Shown here piece by piece: positions 48,945-59,003 of a DNA stretch of 64,000 nt. Source of the DNA: Gammaproteobacteria bacterium (GTDB lineage Bacteria > Pseudomonadota > Gammaproteobacteria > Ga0077536); the NCBI GenBank assembly GCA_963662545.2, contig CAXXLL010000003.1, positions 1,792,001 through 1,856,000 on the forward strand, written 5' to 3'. A model generated the notes under the pieces. The model had not been told where the DNA came from. It worked only from the letters and a program-made list of their open reading frames with translations, and ran no database searches. How positions within the stretch are numbered: position 1 is the first letter of the stretch; each line of letters opens with the position of its first letter. A program made the position numbers and the translations under genes.

Positions 48945-50111
48945 ATGGAACGAGAGCAAGCGATTAAATACATGCGCGACTTGCTGACCCTGTTGGTCGA
49001 AAAGAAGGCGTCGGACTTGTTCATCACTTTGGACTTCCCGCCCGCGATCAAGGTCGACGGTAAGATCTCGCCGGTGTCGAAGACTAAACTCACCGAAGAA
49101 AACACCAAAGCCCTGGCCTACGCGATCATGAACGATCGCCAGATCAAGGAATTCGAGGCGACCAAGGAGTGTAATTTCGCGATTGCGCCAACCGGCATCG
49201 GGCGTTTCCGATGCAACGCTTTCATTCAACAGAGCGCCAGTGGATTGGTTCTGAGAACCATCGAAACCGAGGTGCCCAATCTCGACAAGCTAGGCCTGCC
49301 CGAGGTGATGAAGGAAATCATCATGACCAAGCGCGGCCTGGTCATCATGGTCGGCGGCACGGGCTCGGGCAAGTCGACGTCGCTGGCGGCGATGATCGAT
49401 CACCGCAACCAGAATTCCTACGGACATATCATCACCATTGAGGATCCGATCGAGTACGTCCACCCTCACAAGAACTGTATCATCATGCAGCGTGAAGTCG
49501 GCGTCGACACGGACGATTGGGGGATCGCGCTTAAGAACACCTTGCGCCAGGCTCCAGACGTGATCCTGCTTGGCGAGATCCGCGATCGCGAGACCATGGA
49601 GTTCGGTATCGCGTTCGCCGAGACCGGTCACCTCGCCGTTGCCACCCTGCATGCCAACAGCTCCAATCAGGCGCTGGACCGCATCATCAACTTCTTCCCG
49701 GAAGAACGCCGGATGCAACTACTGATGGATCTGTCGCTGAACCTCAAAGGCGTGATTTCGCAGCGCCTGTTGAAAAAAGTGAACAGCAAGGGCCGCGCAG
49801 CGGCCATCGAGATCCTGCTGAATTCACCGTTGATCGCCGACCTCATCCTCAAGGGCGAAGTACACGGTATCAAGGAAATCATGTCGAAATCGAACGAAAT
49901 GGGCATGAAGACTTTCGACCAGGCGCTGTTCGACCTGTATGAAGACGACCAGATTACTTTCGAAGATGCGCTGCGTAACGCCGACTCCATGAACGAGCTC
50001 AGGCTTAGGATCAAGCTCGAGGGCAAGGCCTCCAAGGGTAGGAATCCGCTGGAAGATGCCGGCGGCCTACAACTCGAAGAGTCGGAAGAAGAAAGCGGCA
50101 TGATGCGTTAG
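48945..50111 (+). CDS. pilU: Type IV pilus ATPase PilU
   Basis: ASDLFIT, GGTGSGKSTS, LRQAPDVI, MKTFDQAL. Confidence 0.92.
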   Translation: MEREQAIKYMRDLLTLLVEKKASDLFITLDFPPAIKVDGKISPVSKTKLTEENTKALAYAIMNDRQIKEFEATKECNFAIAPTGIGRFRCNAFIQQSASGLVLRTIETEVPNLDKLGLPEVMKEIIMTKRGLVIMVGGTGSGKSTSLAAMIDHRNQNSYGHIITIEDPIEYVHPHKNCIIMQREVGVDTDDWGIALKNTLRQAPDVILLGEIRDRETMEFGIAFAETGHLAVATLHANSSNQALDRIINFFPEERRMQLLMDLSLNLKGVISQRLLKKVNSKGRAAAIEILLNSPLIADLILKGEVHGIKEIMSKSNEMGMKTFDQALFDLYEDDQITFEDALRNADSMNELRLRIKLEGKASKGRNPLEDAGGLQLEESEEESGMMR

Positions 50112-50181
50112 TGTGCCGTCCCGCAATGAACCTTCATGACGGGACAGCACACTAGTCGCCGCCTACTCATCAGGAATTGTC

Positions 50182-51240
50182 ATGGACATTACACCTTATC
50201 TGCACCTGCTGCGGGACAAAAACGGTTCGGATCTTTTCTTCACGGTCGGCGCGCCGGTGAAGATCAAAATCGAGGGCGCGATCAATTCGGTCGGCAAGAC
50301 CATGCTCACGGGTGAACTCGTGCAGGCAGCGGCCTACGGCATCATGAACGAGAAGCAGATCAACGGGTTCGAGGACACGATGGAATGCGATTTCGCGATC
50401 GCATTGGCGGACAAATCGGCGCGGTTTCGGGTCAATATATTTCGTCAGCGCGGTGAAGTAGCCATGGTGCTGCGGCGCATACCCGCCGAGATCCCGAATA
50501 TTGACGAGCTGGGTTTACCGGACATCCTGAAGGAACTCGTGATGCACAAGCGCGGCCTGATCCTCATGGTCGGCGCGACGGGCTCGGGCAAATCAACGAC
50601 CCTGGCCGCCATGATCAATGAGCGCAATAAGGAGATGACGGGACATATTTTGAGTATCGAGGATCCGGTCGAATTCTCCCACCCGAATCTCAAGTCGATC
50701 ATCAATCAGCGCGAAGTCGGCGTGGACACGCTGAACTACCGGAATGCGCTCAGGGCATCACTGCGCGAGGCGCCGGATGTCATCCTGATCGGCGAGATCC
50801 GCGATCGTGAAACCATGGAGGCCGCGCTCGAACTCTGCAATACCGGCCACCTCGCGATATCGACCCTCCACGCCAACAACGCCAACCAGGCAATGGAACG
50901 CGTGATCAACCTGTTTCCATCAGACCTGCACAAGCAGCTTTTCATGGATCTTTCGCTGAACCTGCGTGCGGTGGTCTCCCAACGCCTGGTCAAGGGCCTG
51001 GACGGCAAGCGCATCGCGGCGATCGAAATCCTCGTCAACTCGCCGCACATCGCCGACCTGATCCTCAAGGGCGAGATACACGAACTCAAGGAAGCGATGG
51101 AAGGCAGCGGTACGCGTGGCATGCAGACCTTCGACATGGCCCTGCACACCCTCTTCAAAGAAGAGCGCATCGAGCTGGAAGAGGCTCTCGGGAACGCCGA
51201 TTCGAGGACCAACCTCGAAGCGAAGATCAACTTCGGATAA
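50182..51240 (+). CDS. Second PilU-family ATPase
   Basis: GSDLFFT, GATGSGKSTT, LREAPDVI, MQTFD. Confidence 0.9.
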   Translation: MDITPYLHLLRDKNGSDLFFTVGAPVKIKIEGAINSVGKTMLTGELVQAAAYGIMNEKQINGFEDTMECDFAIALADKSARFRVNIFRQRGEVAMVLRRIPAEIPNIDELGLPDILKELVMHKRGLILMVGATGSGKSTTLAAMINERNKEMTGHILSIEDPVEFSHPNLKSIINQREVGVDTLNYRNALRASLREAPDVILIGEIRDRETMEAALELCNTGHLAISTLHANNANQAMERVINLFPSDLHKQLFMDLSLNLRAVVSQRLVKGLDGKRIAAIEILVNSPHIADLILKGEIHELKEAMEGSGTRGMQTFDMALHTLFKEERIELEEALGNADSRTNLEAKINFG

Positions 51241-51267
51241 GGCCGAAGATAGCCAATAACCACCTTA

Positions 51268-51498
51268 AATTAACGATCACTCCGAGTCAGACGGCTTGGA
51301 GCTCCGCATCGCTACGCGGTAAACCGCCGCTCAAGCAAGTCGTTGAGACTGTAGAAAAAAGGCTATTGAATAATTCGACGAGAATTTCGACCTCGTCATT
51401 TGCGCTGGACGCGACGATCTCGAGTGGGGGCAATGGTTTTGAGACCCCGGATTTTACCGTTTTTCGAATCGTGGGACTTTTCTACACCCTCGTTGGGC
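51268..51498 (+). other. Degenerate attC-like site interrupted by a MITE
   Basis: AATTAAC...CGAGTCAGACGGC...GCCGCTCAAGCAAGTCGTT, then the insert, then GTTGGGC (a GTTRRRY core). Confidence 0.45.
51345..51491. mobile_element. 147-bp MITE-like relic with imperfect terminal inverted repeats and a GTT duplication
   Basis: GAGACTGTAGAAAA at the left end and TTTTCTACACCCTC at the right end; GTT on both flanks. Confidence 0.6.
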
Positions 51499-51599
51499 AT
51501 AACAGCGGTGAGTGTTCACTTTCTTGATGAATGAGAAGGCTTTGGCGTGCAGAAGTTTGTGGTCATAAAATCTCTCCGTCTCGGGAAAGATAGTGCACG

Positions 51600-51983
51600 A
51601 TGAATAACGCAATAAAGGGAGCGCTTTGGTCAGGTTTGATATTTCCGGGTCTGGGTCAGATCGTTCTAAAACACTATAAACGCGGTACTGTCATCATGCT
51701 TACGGTTTTGGTAAGTCTGGCGGTTGTTGTCGTAAAGTCAGTACAACACGCTATTGCCATCCTAGAGAAAATTGAGTTGGAAGGGGGGGTAATCAGTATC
51801 ACTACCATCTCGAATGCAGCCTCCAAGGCATCCACCACTTCCGGTAATCTCACACTAAATTTCGCCTTGTTGTTGATAATTTTCTGTTGGGTCATTGGCA
51901 TCGTTGACGCTTACATAATCGGCAAGAAAAAGGACTTCGACGAAGGTTCTACGAGACAAATTTTAAATGGCGCTGACGATTGA
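51600..51983 (+). CDS. AT-rich hypothetical membrane protein
   Basis: S.LIFPGLGQ..L..YKRG N-terminal motif, TM helices, W...IVDAY. Visibly lower GC than the flanks. Confidence 0.7.
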   Translation: MNNAIKGALWSGLIFPGLGQIVLKHYKRGTVIMLTVLVSLAVVVVKSVQHAIAILEKIELEGGVISITTISNAASKASTTSGNLTLNFALLLIIFCWVIGIVDAYIIGKKKDFDEGSTRQILNGADD

Positions 51984-52057
51984 TTACATGACCAGCGAGG
52001 CGAACCCATGACTGATGCGGAACATAACAAACGAGTGAACGGCGTGGTTGCAGGGCG

Positions 52058-52432
52058 ATGACCGCTTACCTGCTCATTACCGGTTTCATTTTTCTGCTCT
52101 TCGGTCTGGGGGCGCTGTTCAAGCCCATAGAAACCATCGCCTTCCCGTACTCGTTGAACGCGGACCACGTCGACGCGAAGAATTACCTGCGTTCGGGGGC
52201 GGGGGGCGTCACCGTCGCCTGCGCGGTAGTGTTCATCGCCGCAGCATTCATTCCGACGCTGGTGTTCTCCGCCTTGCTATTGGCGGTCGTGCTCATGGGT
52301 GGGTTGCTGTTCGGACGGATGGTCAGCCTCGGCCTCGACGGTAAGCCCGGCATCGTTCCGCGTATCGCAGCAGGCGGCGAAGCGCTCGGTTTTGCACTCG
52401 GGGTTTACTGGCTTTGGGGCATCGGCGTATGA
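52058..52432 (+). CDS. Four-TM membrane protein (DUF4345-like)
   Basis: Four hydrophobic segments; GRMVSLGLDG.P motif. Confidence 0.65.
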   Translation: MTAYLLITGFIFLLFGLGALFKPIETIAFPYSLNADHVDAKNYLRSGAGGVTVACAVVFIAAAFIPTLVFSALLLAVVLMGGLLFGRMVSLGLDGKPGIVPRIAAGGEALGFALGVYWLWGIGV

Positions 52433-52627
52433 ATTACGTTCCCGCTGCCGACAACTCGAAAAGAGCGGTTCCTGCTTAAGCGCCGCCAGCCGTCGATATC
52501 AAGAGGCGCGAGACTCGGGAATCGGACTCGCCAATGCATCGAATTCGCGCTGAGTTTTTATCCGACCCGGTTCATAAAACCGCGTTCGATCGCGTAACAT
52601 AAAGAGGCCATTCCCCGGGAGCGCACC

Positions 52628-52921
52628 ATGGCTACCCCGCGACCACAAGCCGAGCCCTCGAAGCAATTCGAAACTGATCGCGTCATCGTGACCCAATGGC
52701 GGTTTCCGCCGGGTGCCGAAACCGGATGGCATCGGCACGGGTACGATTATGTCGTAATTCCCCTGACCACCGGCTCCCTGATGCTCGAATCAGCAGAGGG
52801 TGAGAAAACTGCCGAACTCAAGGCCGGCCGGTCCTATGCCCGTAGCGAGGGCGTTGAACACAACGTGATCAATGCGAACGATTTCGAATTTTCATTCATC
52901 GAGGTCGAATTAAAGCCGTGA
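52628..52921 (+). CDS. Small cupin domain protein
   Basis: PGAETGWHRHGYDYVV...GVEHNVIN. Confidence 0.85.
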   Translation: MATPRPQAEPSKQFETDRVIVTQWRFPPGAETGWHRHGYDYVVIPLTTGSLMLESAEGEKTAELKAGRSYARSEGVEHNVINANDFEFSFIEVELKP

Positions 52922-52940
52922 TGGAGCAGTTTAAAAGCTG

Positions 52941-53321
52941 ATGACTGGCGAAGCGCTGCCCACCGAATTCAACAACGACACTATCGTCGACGGCTATGAC
53001 CTGGTGTTCGATCAGGGTGACAAACTGAATAGCAGCCTTTACTTGTGTACGCCGCGCGGCGGCGACGCGACGGATGCTTTGCGCCTGCTCGCATCCTTGC
53101 GCGCTGCGGATCTGTGGTCCGATGATTTGGAAAAGCGCGTGGCGGACGACCAGCGGCAGGCCTACAAAGACGAGCTCGAATTCATCGAGGCGCGGGCCTT
53201 CCGCACGGATGGTGGTCACGTCGCCGTCGCACGGTTCAACCATCCGAAGTTCCCGTCCGACGAGGGCCGGTGGCGGGCATGGGTCGATTGCATTGGTGAA
53301 GCGTATGAGCGCGTCCGGTAA
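52941..53321 (+). CDS. Hypothetical protein
   Basis: 126-aa ORF with host-like codon usage, GGAG upstream, co-directional with the cupin gene. Confidence 0.6.
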   Translation: MTGEALPTEFNNDTIVDGYDLVFDQGDKLNSSLYLCTPRGGDATDALRLLASLRAADLWSDDLEKRVADDQRQAYKDELEFIEARAFRTDGGHVAVARFNHPKFPSDEGRWRAWVDCIGEAYERVR

Positions 53322-53415
53322 GGTGATTCAAGGCCGCTGCCTGTGGGGTGCGCTCGCCGTGAAGATCACTACGCCCGTCGCCAGTATGGGTCATTGTCAT
53401 TCCCGCATGTGCCGC
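53305..53415 (+). pseudogene. N-terminal relic of a GFA (glutathione-dependent formaldehyde-activating / CENP-V) family gene
   Basis: GRCLWGAL...MGHCHSRMCR resembles G.CLCGAV...HCHC.MCR with two Zn-ligand Cys lost. Similarity stops abruptly. Confidence 0.6.
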
Positions 53416-53526
53416 GATTCGCGGCCTATCCCGAAGATTTCGGTTAAACGCATGGCTACTTCGACCCTTTCGATTCGATCCGGGCCCACGCTACGCGCGT
53501 GCAGAAGAAGGGCATCGAGCGTTCTT

Positions 53527-53910
53527 ATGGGCGGGCGAACCCATTGGACGTGGTGCGCCGCTTTGATGCTATTGACGGCATGCGGCGCGGGCGAAGAGCG
53601 CGTATTCGATGAATACGAATCGCCTGACGGTGCATGGACCTTGCGGGTGACCGTTGCCGAATCGCGCATGCCGCACGGCCAATTTCACGTTGGTGCCTAT
53701 CTGATCAAGCGCGGCGGGACAGCAGGTCCCAAGATCCTGGATGAAAGGCTCGCCAACGACGGCGTGCCGTTCACTGCGAAGAACGTCGCCGTGCGCTGGA
53801 CCGGCGCGGGAAAAATTCTGATGTGCCTGCGCGCGACGGATCTTCCCGACCGCGGGCTGCGTATCGAAATTGGGGAGCCGCTTCGTATAGAGAACGTGGA
53901 CCAGTGCTAG
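53527..53910 (+). CDS. Putative lipoprotein
   Basis: Lipobox LTAC; YESPDG motif. Confidence 0.6.
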   Translation: MGGRTHWTWCAALMLLTACGAGEERVFDEYESPDGAWTLRVTVAESRMPHGQFHVGAYLIKRGGTAGPKILDERLANDGVPFTAKNVAVRWTGAGKILMCLRATDLPDRGLRIEIGEPLRIENVDQC

Positions 53911-53937
53911 GAGGGCTTCTACTGTGGCGGTGCAAAC

Positions 53938-54264
53938 ATGACCCGAGCTGAGGGGCGTAACCAGCGCGTCTGGAACGTGGTGTCTTGCATTCCCAGCGGG
54001 CGCGTCGCCACCTATAAACAGGTTGCTGCACTGGCCGGGATCGAAGGTCCGACTGGTGCGCGCCAGGTGGGTTATGCGCTGTCTGCGCTCGGTCCGGGCA
54101 ACGATGTCCCGTGGCACCGGGTGGTGAACGTGAAAGGCACGATCTCTCCGCGGGGGCGCGACGGTGCAGCTGGCGAACAGTACGACCGCCTCGCCGTCGA
54201 AGGCGTCCGATTTGACGGTTTCGGGTGGATCGATCTCCGAGAGTTCGAATGGGATTACCGCTGA
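53938..54264 (+). CDS. Alkyltransferase-like protein (MGMT family, Trp in place of the active Cys)
   Basis: IPSGRVATYKQVA, ARQVG, VPWHRVV. Confidence 0.9.
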   Translation: MTRAEGRNQRVWNVVSCIPSGRVATYKQVAALAGIEGPTGARQVGYALSALGPGNDVPWHRVVNVKGTISPRGRDGAAGEQYDRLAVEGVRFDGFGWIDLREFEWDYR

Positions 54265-54298
54265 AGGGAGTGGTGAGTTGTCAACGGGCGGCGAAAAA

Positions 54299-54685
54299 GT
54301 GAGGAATCATGCTCCGACTATTCTGCTGGGCGCGAGCATCGTCGCATGGATTACGTGGAATGCCTCGATGTCTCCGTCCGCGGGCCCGCCTGTCGTATGC
54401 GACAGAGACGTCATTCCCGATGCGGGGACGGTCGTCATGTTGAGCGCCTCGTGGTGTCGCTATTGTAGAAGCGCGCGGGCTTATCTACAGGACGAAGGGA
54501 TCGTCCACTGCGAATACGACGTTGAGACCACGCCCGAAGGACGGCGACAGTTTGCGGAAATGACCGTCAAGATGCTCCCCGTATTGAAGATTGGCGAAGA
54601 CATTCTGGTCGGTTTCAGCCGCGCTGAACTCGAGCAGGCCCTCGTCGCGAACGGCCTGGTGGATCTGGCCGATATCGCTGATTGA
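54299..54685 (+). CDS. Membrane-anchored glutaredoxin-family protein
   Basis: WCRYC CxxC, EYDVE, LPVLKIG...VGFS; N-terminal hydrophobic segment. Start uncertain. Confidence 0.78.
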   Translation: MRNHAPTILLGASIVAWITWNASMSPSAGPPVVCDRDVIPDAGTVVMLSASWCRYCRSARAYLQDEGIVHCEYDVETTPEGRRQFAEMTVKMLPVLKIGEDILVGFSRAELEQALVANGLVDLADIAD

Positions 54686-54829
54686 CAGATACCTGTTCGT
54701 GCGCAAGCAGGCACTCACCCAGATTTCACCGTCGAGGGGTTTGAAGGCGCGCGCCGTATACCGCCGCTGGCTCTCTGCATCACGTGCGGCGGTGAAGTAG
54801 GACACCCGGTTCGAGATCCGAATGGTTGC

Positions 54830-55744
54830 TTAGTCCGGGAAGACGACCGTCGCCGCATCGAACACCGGCCCGTCGACGCACACCCGTTTCATCGTCGGTC
54901 CCTCCAGAGTGTTGATTGTGACGGTGCATCCGGCGCAGCCGCCGACGGCGCAGGCCATGAATTCTTCGAGCGAGATCACACATGGCAGGGCAAATTCGCG
55001 CGCGAGTGCGGCAACTGCACGTAACATCGGCGTGGGCCCGCAGGCGAAGATCTCGATGCCCCCCCGCTCCACGCCGGTGTTTTCGATCCAGGCGCGCGCC
55101 AGATCGGTAACGAAACCGTCGTAGCAGCCCGGGTAAGCCTGCCGGCTCGCGAGGCGCGAGGCAATGCCCCAATCGTCCAGCAGCGGCATGGCGGCGATGA
55201 CCCCGTCGGGTATGCCACCGGCGATGATCTGCGACGGTCGTGGGCGAAAGGGAAATGGGATTTCCGAGCCCATCAACACGATTGGTTCAACGTTTGCGCC
55301 CGTCGCGCGCATGTGCTCGGCGAGAAAGATCATCGGTGGAATGCCGACGCCGCCGCCGATCAAGAGCGGCTGTGCGCGGTAGCCCAGCAGACGAAAGGGT
55401 TTACCGATCGGGCCGAGTAAGCTTAAGGTCTCGCCGACTTTTCGCTCGGCCAGAAGCGCTGTGCCGCGACCGTGCACCTTGAACAAAATGTCGATCCATC
55501 CCTGTTCGGGCGACGCCCGCATCACCGACATCGGTCGCCGCATGAGCAGTTCGTCCGCACAGCGCATGTGAACAAAACTGCCCGGCCGGGTGCGTGCGGC
55601 GATTCGGGGGCATGCGAGGCGCAAGACGAATTGCGCACCATCGTATTGCTCCTTGCTCAGGACTTCGGCGTCCTCGAGCAGGATGGTCCCGCGGTGCCCC
55701 CGTGAGGGCTCGGGCGCCGTGGTGGCGTCGATGGCGATCGCCAC
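54830..55744 (-). CDS. pyrK: Dihydroorotate dehydrogenase electron transfer subunit
   Basis: RRPMS, GGGVGIPP, ACGPTPM, MACAVGGCAGC...VCVDGPVF (2Fe-2S). Confidence 0.9.
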   Translation of the reverse strand: MAIAIDATTAPEPSRGHRGTILLEDAEVLSKEQYDGAQFVLRLACPRIAARTRPGSFVHMRCADELLMRRPMSVMRASPEQGWIDILFKVHGRGTALLAERKVGETLSLLGPIGKPFRLLGYRAQPLLIGGGVGIPPMIFLAEHMRATGANVEPIVLMGSEIPFPFRPRPSQIIAGGIPDGVIAAMPLLDDWGIASRLASRQAYPGCYDGFVTDLARAWIENTGVERGGIEIFACGPTPMLRAVAALAREFALPCVISLEEFMACAVGGCAGCTVTINTLEGPTMKRVCVDGPVFDAATVVFPD

Positions 55745-55745
55745 G

Positions 55746-57026
55746 TCAGTTCTTCGCCTCGAACACTGTGCGTCCATCGACGAGCGTCATTACGACCTTG
55801 CCGCGCAATCCGCGCCCCATGAATGGCGTGTTCTTGCCACTGCTCAACATGGCCTCCTCGCTCAGCCGCCATTTGAGCGCGGGGTCAAAGATGCAGATAT
55901 CGGCGGCGTCTCCGACACCGATCACGCCGCTATTGAGCCCCAGGATCCGGGCCGGTTCGAGCGCAGCGGCGTTAATCGCGCGTTTGAGATCCATCGCGCC
56001 GTCGTCGACCAGTTCGAGCATCAAGGGTAAAAACGAATCGAACCCGGATATTCCGGGCTCCGTCGCACTGAACGGTGCCGCCTTGGCATCGCTGTCGTGG
56101 GGTTCGTGATGAGCACTCAGTGCCTCGATATGACCTTCGCCCAAACTTCTGCGTAACTGCGAGCGGTCGCGGCGCGATCGAAACGGTGGCCGTACGTGGC
56201 AGGCGGCATCAAAGCTGCCGATGTCTTCGTCGCACAGAAAGAGGTGTGCGATGCCGACGTCGCTGGTGACTGCGAGACCGGCTTTCCGCGCATCTTTCAA
56301 GTACTTCGTCGAGCGCCCGCACGATAGCGTGCGGAAGTGGGCGCGCACCCCCGCTTCTTCGATCAGCAGAAGATCGCGTCCAAGACCGATCAGTTCGGCT
56401 GCGGACGGAATGCCGGGAATACCAAGACGGGTGCTGACGGCGCCCTCGTGCATCGAGCCCGGTGCACCGAGCCAGGGATCCTCCGCATTGAGAAAGACGG
56501 TCATATCGAGAGTCGAAGCGTAGGCCATCGCGTGTTTGAGTACGTTGGAATCCCGTATCACGCGCCCGGCGTTGGCGACGCCAACGCAACCGATGTCCTT
56601 TAGTGCATACATTTCCGCCAGGATCTCACCGTCGAGGCCGCTGGTTAACGCGCCGATACAGCGTACGCGCGCACCGCGCACACCCTTGGCGCGCTGAGTG
56701 ATGAGCTCGACCACCGCGGGTGTGTCGATTACGGGCAAGGTGTCCGGCGTGCAGCATACCGTCGTGAAGCCGCCGGCCGCCGCGGCGGTCAGTTCGCTCG
56801 CAATAGTCGCCTTGTGCTCGGCGCCGGGTTCGCGCAGCGCTGCCCCGATTTCCGTAAAGCCCGGACAGACGATCAAGCCCGACGCGTCGATTTCACGCGC
56901 AGCCTTGAATCCGGATGGGGTGCGGCCGATGCCGACTACCATGCCCCCATCGACGAAAAGATCGGCAGTCTCGTCACGGTTGTTACCTGGGTCGACAAGG
57001 CGGCCGTGGCTGATTTTAAGTTTCAT
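55746..57026 (-). CDS. pyrC: Dihydroorotase-like protein, catalytically inactive PyrC' type
   Basis: [17 protein letters not shown]. The metal-binding HxH is replaced ([10 protein letters not shown]) and the catalytic Asp is replaced (SAHHEPH). Confidence 0.88.
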   Translation of the reverse strand: MKLKISHGRLVDPGNNRDETADLFVDGGMVVGIGRTPSGFKAAREIDASGLIVCPGFTEIGAALREPGAEHKATIASELTAAAAGGFTTVCCTPDTLPVIDTPAVVELITQRAKGVRGARVRCIGALTSGLDGEILAEMYALKDIGCVGVANAGRVIRDSNVLKHAMAYASTLDMTVFLNAEDPWLGAPGSMHEGAVSTRLGIPGIPSAAELIGLGRDLLLIEEAGVRAHFRTLSCGRSTKYLKDARKAGLAVTSDVGIAHLFLCDEDIGSFDAACHVRPPFRSRRDRSQLRRSLGEGHIEALSAHHEPHDSDAKAAPFSATEPGISGFDSFLPLMLELVDDGAMDLKRAINAAALEPARILGLNSGVIGVGDAADICIFDPALKWRLSEEAMLSSGKNTPFMGRGLRGKVVMTLVDGRTVFEAKN

Positions 57027-57990
57027 TCGCCGTCGCTTGCGTCCCCACGGCCATCGACATCACCGCCATGCGCACGGCGATACCGTGGGTGACCTGTTGC
57101 AGGATGACCGAGTGCTCGCCGTCGGCCACGGCGGAATCAATCTCCACCCCGCGATTGATCGGACCCGGGTGCATCACGATGGCATTGGCCGCTGCCCGCT
57201 GCAGCCGCGCTGGCGTGAGTCCATAAGTGTGGAAGTATTCATGACCACTCGGCAGGAGCGCGCTTTTCATGCGTTCCTGTTGTAGGCGCAGCATGATGAC
57301 GACATCGGCCTGGTCGATGCCGCGTTCCAGATCGTAGTGCACTTGAACGCCCAGCTGCTCGATCTGTGCGGGGATCAAGGTCTTTGGCCCGACCACCCGG
57401 ATCTCGGGCACGCCCAAAGTCGCCAGCGCGTGAATCTCTGAACGCGCGACGCGTGAATGAGCGACATCACCAACGATGGCGACGATGAGATTTTCGAAAT
57501 TCGCCTTGTGTCGCCGGATGGTGAACATGTCTAACATCGCCTGCGTCGGATGTGCATGGCGTCCATCTCCGGCGTTAATGACACTCACACCGGGTGCGAC
57601 TTGGCGGGCGATGAACTCCGCTGCACCGCTGTTGTGATGGCGTACGATGAACATATCCGTCTGCATGGCCTCGAGCGTGCGCAGCGTATCGGCCAGGGAC
57701 TCTCCTTTACTGGTCGCGCTCGCCTCGATGTTCAAATTCATCACGTCGGCCGAAAGACGTTTCGCTGCCAGGTCAAAGGTCGTGCGCGTGCGGGTGCTCG
57801 GCTCAAAAAAGAGGTTGACCACGGTTTTGCCGCGCAACAGAGGGACTTTTTTCACCGCTCGGTCGCCGACTACGGTGAAGCGCTCGGCATTGTCGAGGAT
57901 CTCCACGAGCAGGGCCCGCGGTAATTGTTCGATCGTCAGAAAATGTTTTAAGCGGCCTTGACTATCGAGTTGAATGGTCTGGTGCGGCAT
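57016..57990 (-). CDS. pyrB: Aspartate carbamoyltransferase catalytic subunit
   Basis: [37 protein letters not shown]. Confidence 0.97.
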   Translation of the reverse strand: MPHQTIQLDSQGRLKHFLTIEQLPRALLVEILDNAERFTVVGDRAVKKVPLLRGKTVVNLFFEPSTRTRTTFDLAAKRLSADVMNLNIEASATSKGESLADTLRTLEAMQTDMFIVRHHNSGAAEFIARQVAPGVSVINAGDGRHAHPTQAMLDMFTIRRHKANFENLIVAIVGDVAHSRVARSEIHALATLGVPEIRVVGPKTLIPAQIEQLGVQVHYDLERGIDQADVVIMLRLQQERMKSALLPSGHEYFHTYGLTPARLQRAAANAIVMHPGPINRGVEIDSAVADGEHSVILQQVTHGIAVRMAVMSMAVGTQATANET

Positions 57991-58020
57991 CAGCGGACGA
58001 CGACGCGGCGGGTTTCAATG

Positions 58021-58057
58021 AAAAAAAACGTCGGACCGGTGCCGGAGCGGCCGGCCG
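58021..58057 (-). terminator. Possible intrinsic terminator or attenuator between pyrR and pyrB
   Basis: Minus-strand GC-rich hairpin CGGCCGG...CCGGTCCG followed by ACG and 8 T. Confidence 0.4.
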
Positions 58058-58072
58058 CAATAGCGGGAGCTT

Positions 58073-58588
58073 TCAGGCCTTGGTCGCGCAAATCTCGAGT
58101 CGCAGGGGGTCAGGCCCGAGGAGTTTAACATGCTCTCCGGGGCTTAGCGTGATCCGGGTTCCATACACGTTTGCATCGATGGGCAATTCGCGCCCGCTAC
58201 GGTCGACCAGCACCACCAGCGAGATGGAACGCGGACGACCGTAGTCGAAGATCTCGTTCATTGCGGCGCGAACTGTGCGTCCGGTGAAGAGGATGTCGTC
58301 GACCAAAAGCAGATGGCGGTCGGTGACGTCAAACGGCAATTGCGACGGCTCGACCGTCGGGTGTATGCCGATGCGGCTGAAATCGTCGCGATAAAAAGCG
58401 ATGTTGAGTTCCCCCAGCGGCTCTTTCAGGTCCAGCGCGGCGAACAGACGTTCAGCCAGCCACACCCCGCCCGTGCGGATACCGATGAGGACCGGGTTAT
58501 CGAGCTCGAGGTCGCGAAGATGCTGCGCGAGGCGCTCGCCGATATCGTCGATCAAGGCTTCGACGTCGATATCTTCAAACCCGGACAT
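58073..58588 (-). CDS. pyrR: PyrR (pyr operon regulator / uracil phosphoribosyltransferase)
   Basis: GIRTGG, FYRDDF, LVDDILFTGRTVRAA, DRSGRELPI. Confidence 0.95.
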   Translation of the reverse strand: MSGFEDIDVEALIDDIGERLAQHLRDLELDNPVLIGIRTGGVWLAERLFAALDLKEPLGELNIAFYRDDFSRIGIHPTVEPSQLPFDVTDRHLLLVDDILFTGRTVRAAMNEIFDYGRPRSISLVVLVDRSGRELPIDANVYGTRITLSPGEHVKLLGPDPLRLEICATKA

Positions 58589-58604
58589 GATGTCGCTCGA
58601 TCGA

Positions 58605-59000
58605 TTAATTTTCCGAGAACCAGGATTCGAGTATGACACGGGCAGCGACGGCATCGACACCGCTCCGCAATGAGTCCGGATCTCGTTCGGCAGCGTAGGT
58701 CGACAAGGTCTCATCGACGAACAATACCGGGATTCCAAATCGTCCCTCCAAGCGCCGCGCGAAACGGTCGATCGCTGCGGCCAGGGGGTGTTCCGTGCCG
58801 TCGGTCGTCACCGGCTTGCCGAGAACGAATCGCTCGGGAGCCCACTGTTCGATGAGTGCGCTCAGTGCGTCCCAGTCGGGATGGCCGTTTCTGACATGGA
58901 CCGTGTCGAGCGCGCGGGCAGTGCGGCTGATATCTTGCCCGACCGCCACTCCGATACGCCGCATGCCGAAATCGAAGGCGAGATAAGTGCTTCCCGCCAC
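58605..59000 (-). CDS. ruvX: YqgF/RuvX pre-16S rRNA nuclease
   Basis: LAFDFGMRRIGVAVG, VDETLST, VDAVAA..ILE. Confidence 0.93.
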   Translation of the reverse strand: MAGSTYLAFDFGMRRIGVAVGQDISRTARALDTVHVRNGHPDWDALSALIEQWAPERFVLGKPVTTDGTEHPLAAAIDRFARRLEGRFGIPVLFVDETLSTYAAERDPDSLRSGVDAVAARVILESWFSEN

Positions 59001-59003
59001 CGC

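Noticed and set aside
55746-57026. Loss of catalytic residues in pyrC as a novelty
   Set aside because: It matches the known inactive PyrC' structural partner of aspartate carbamoyltransferase.
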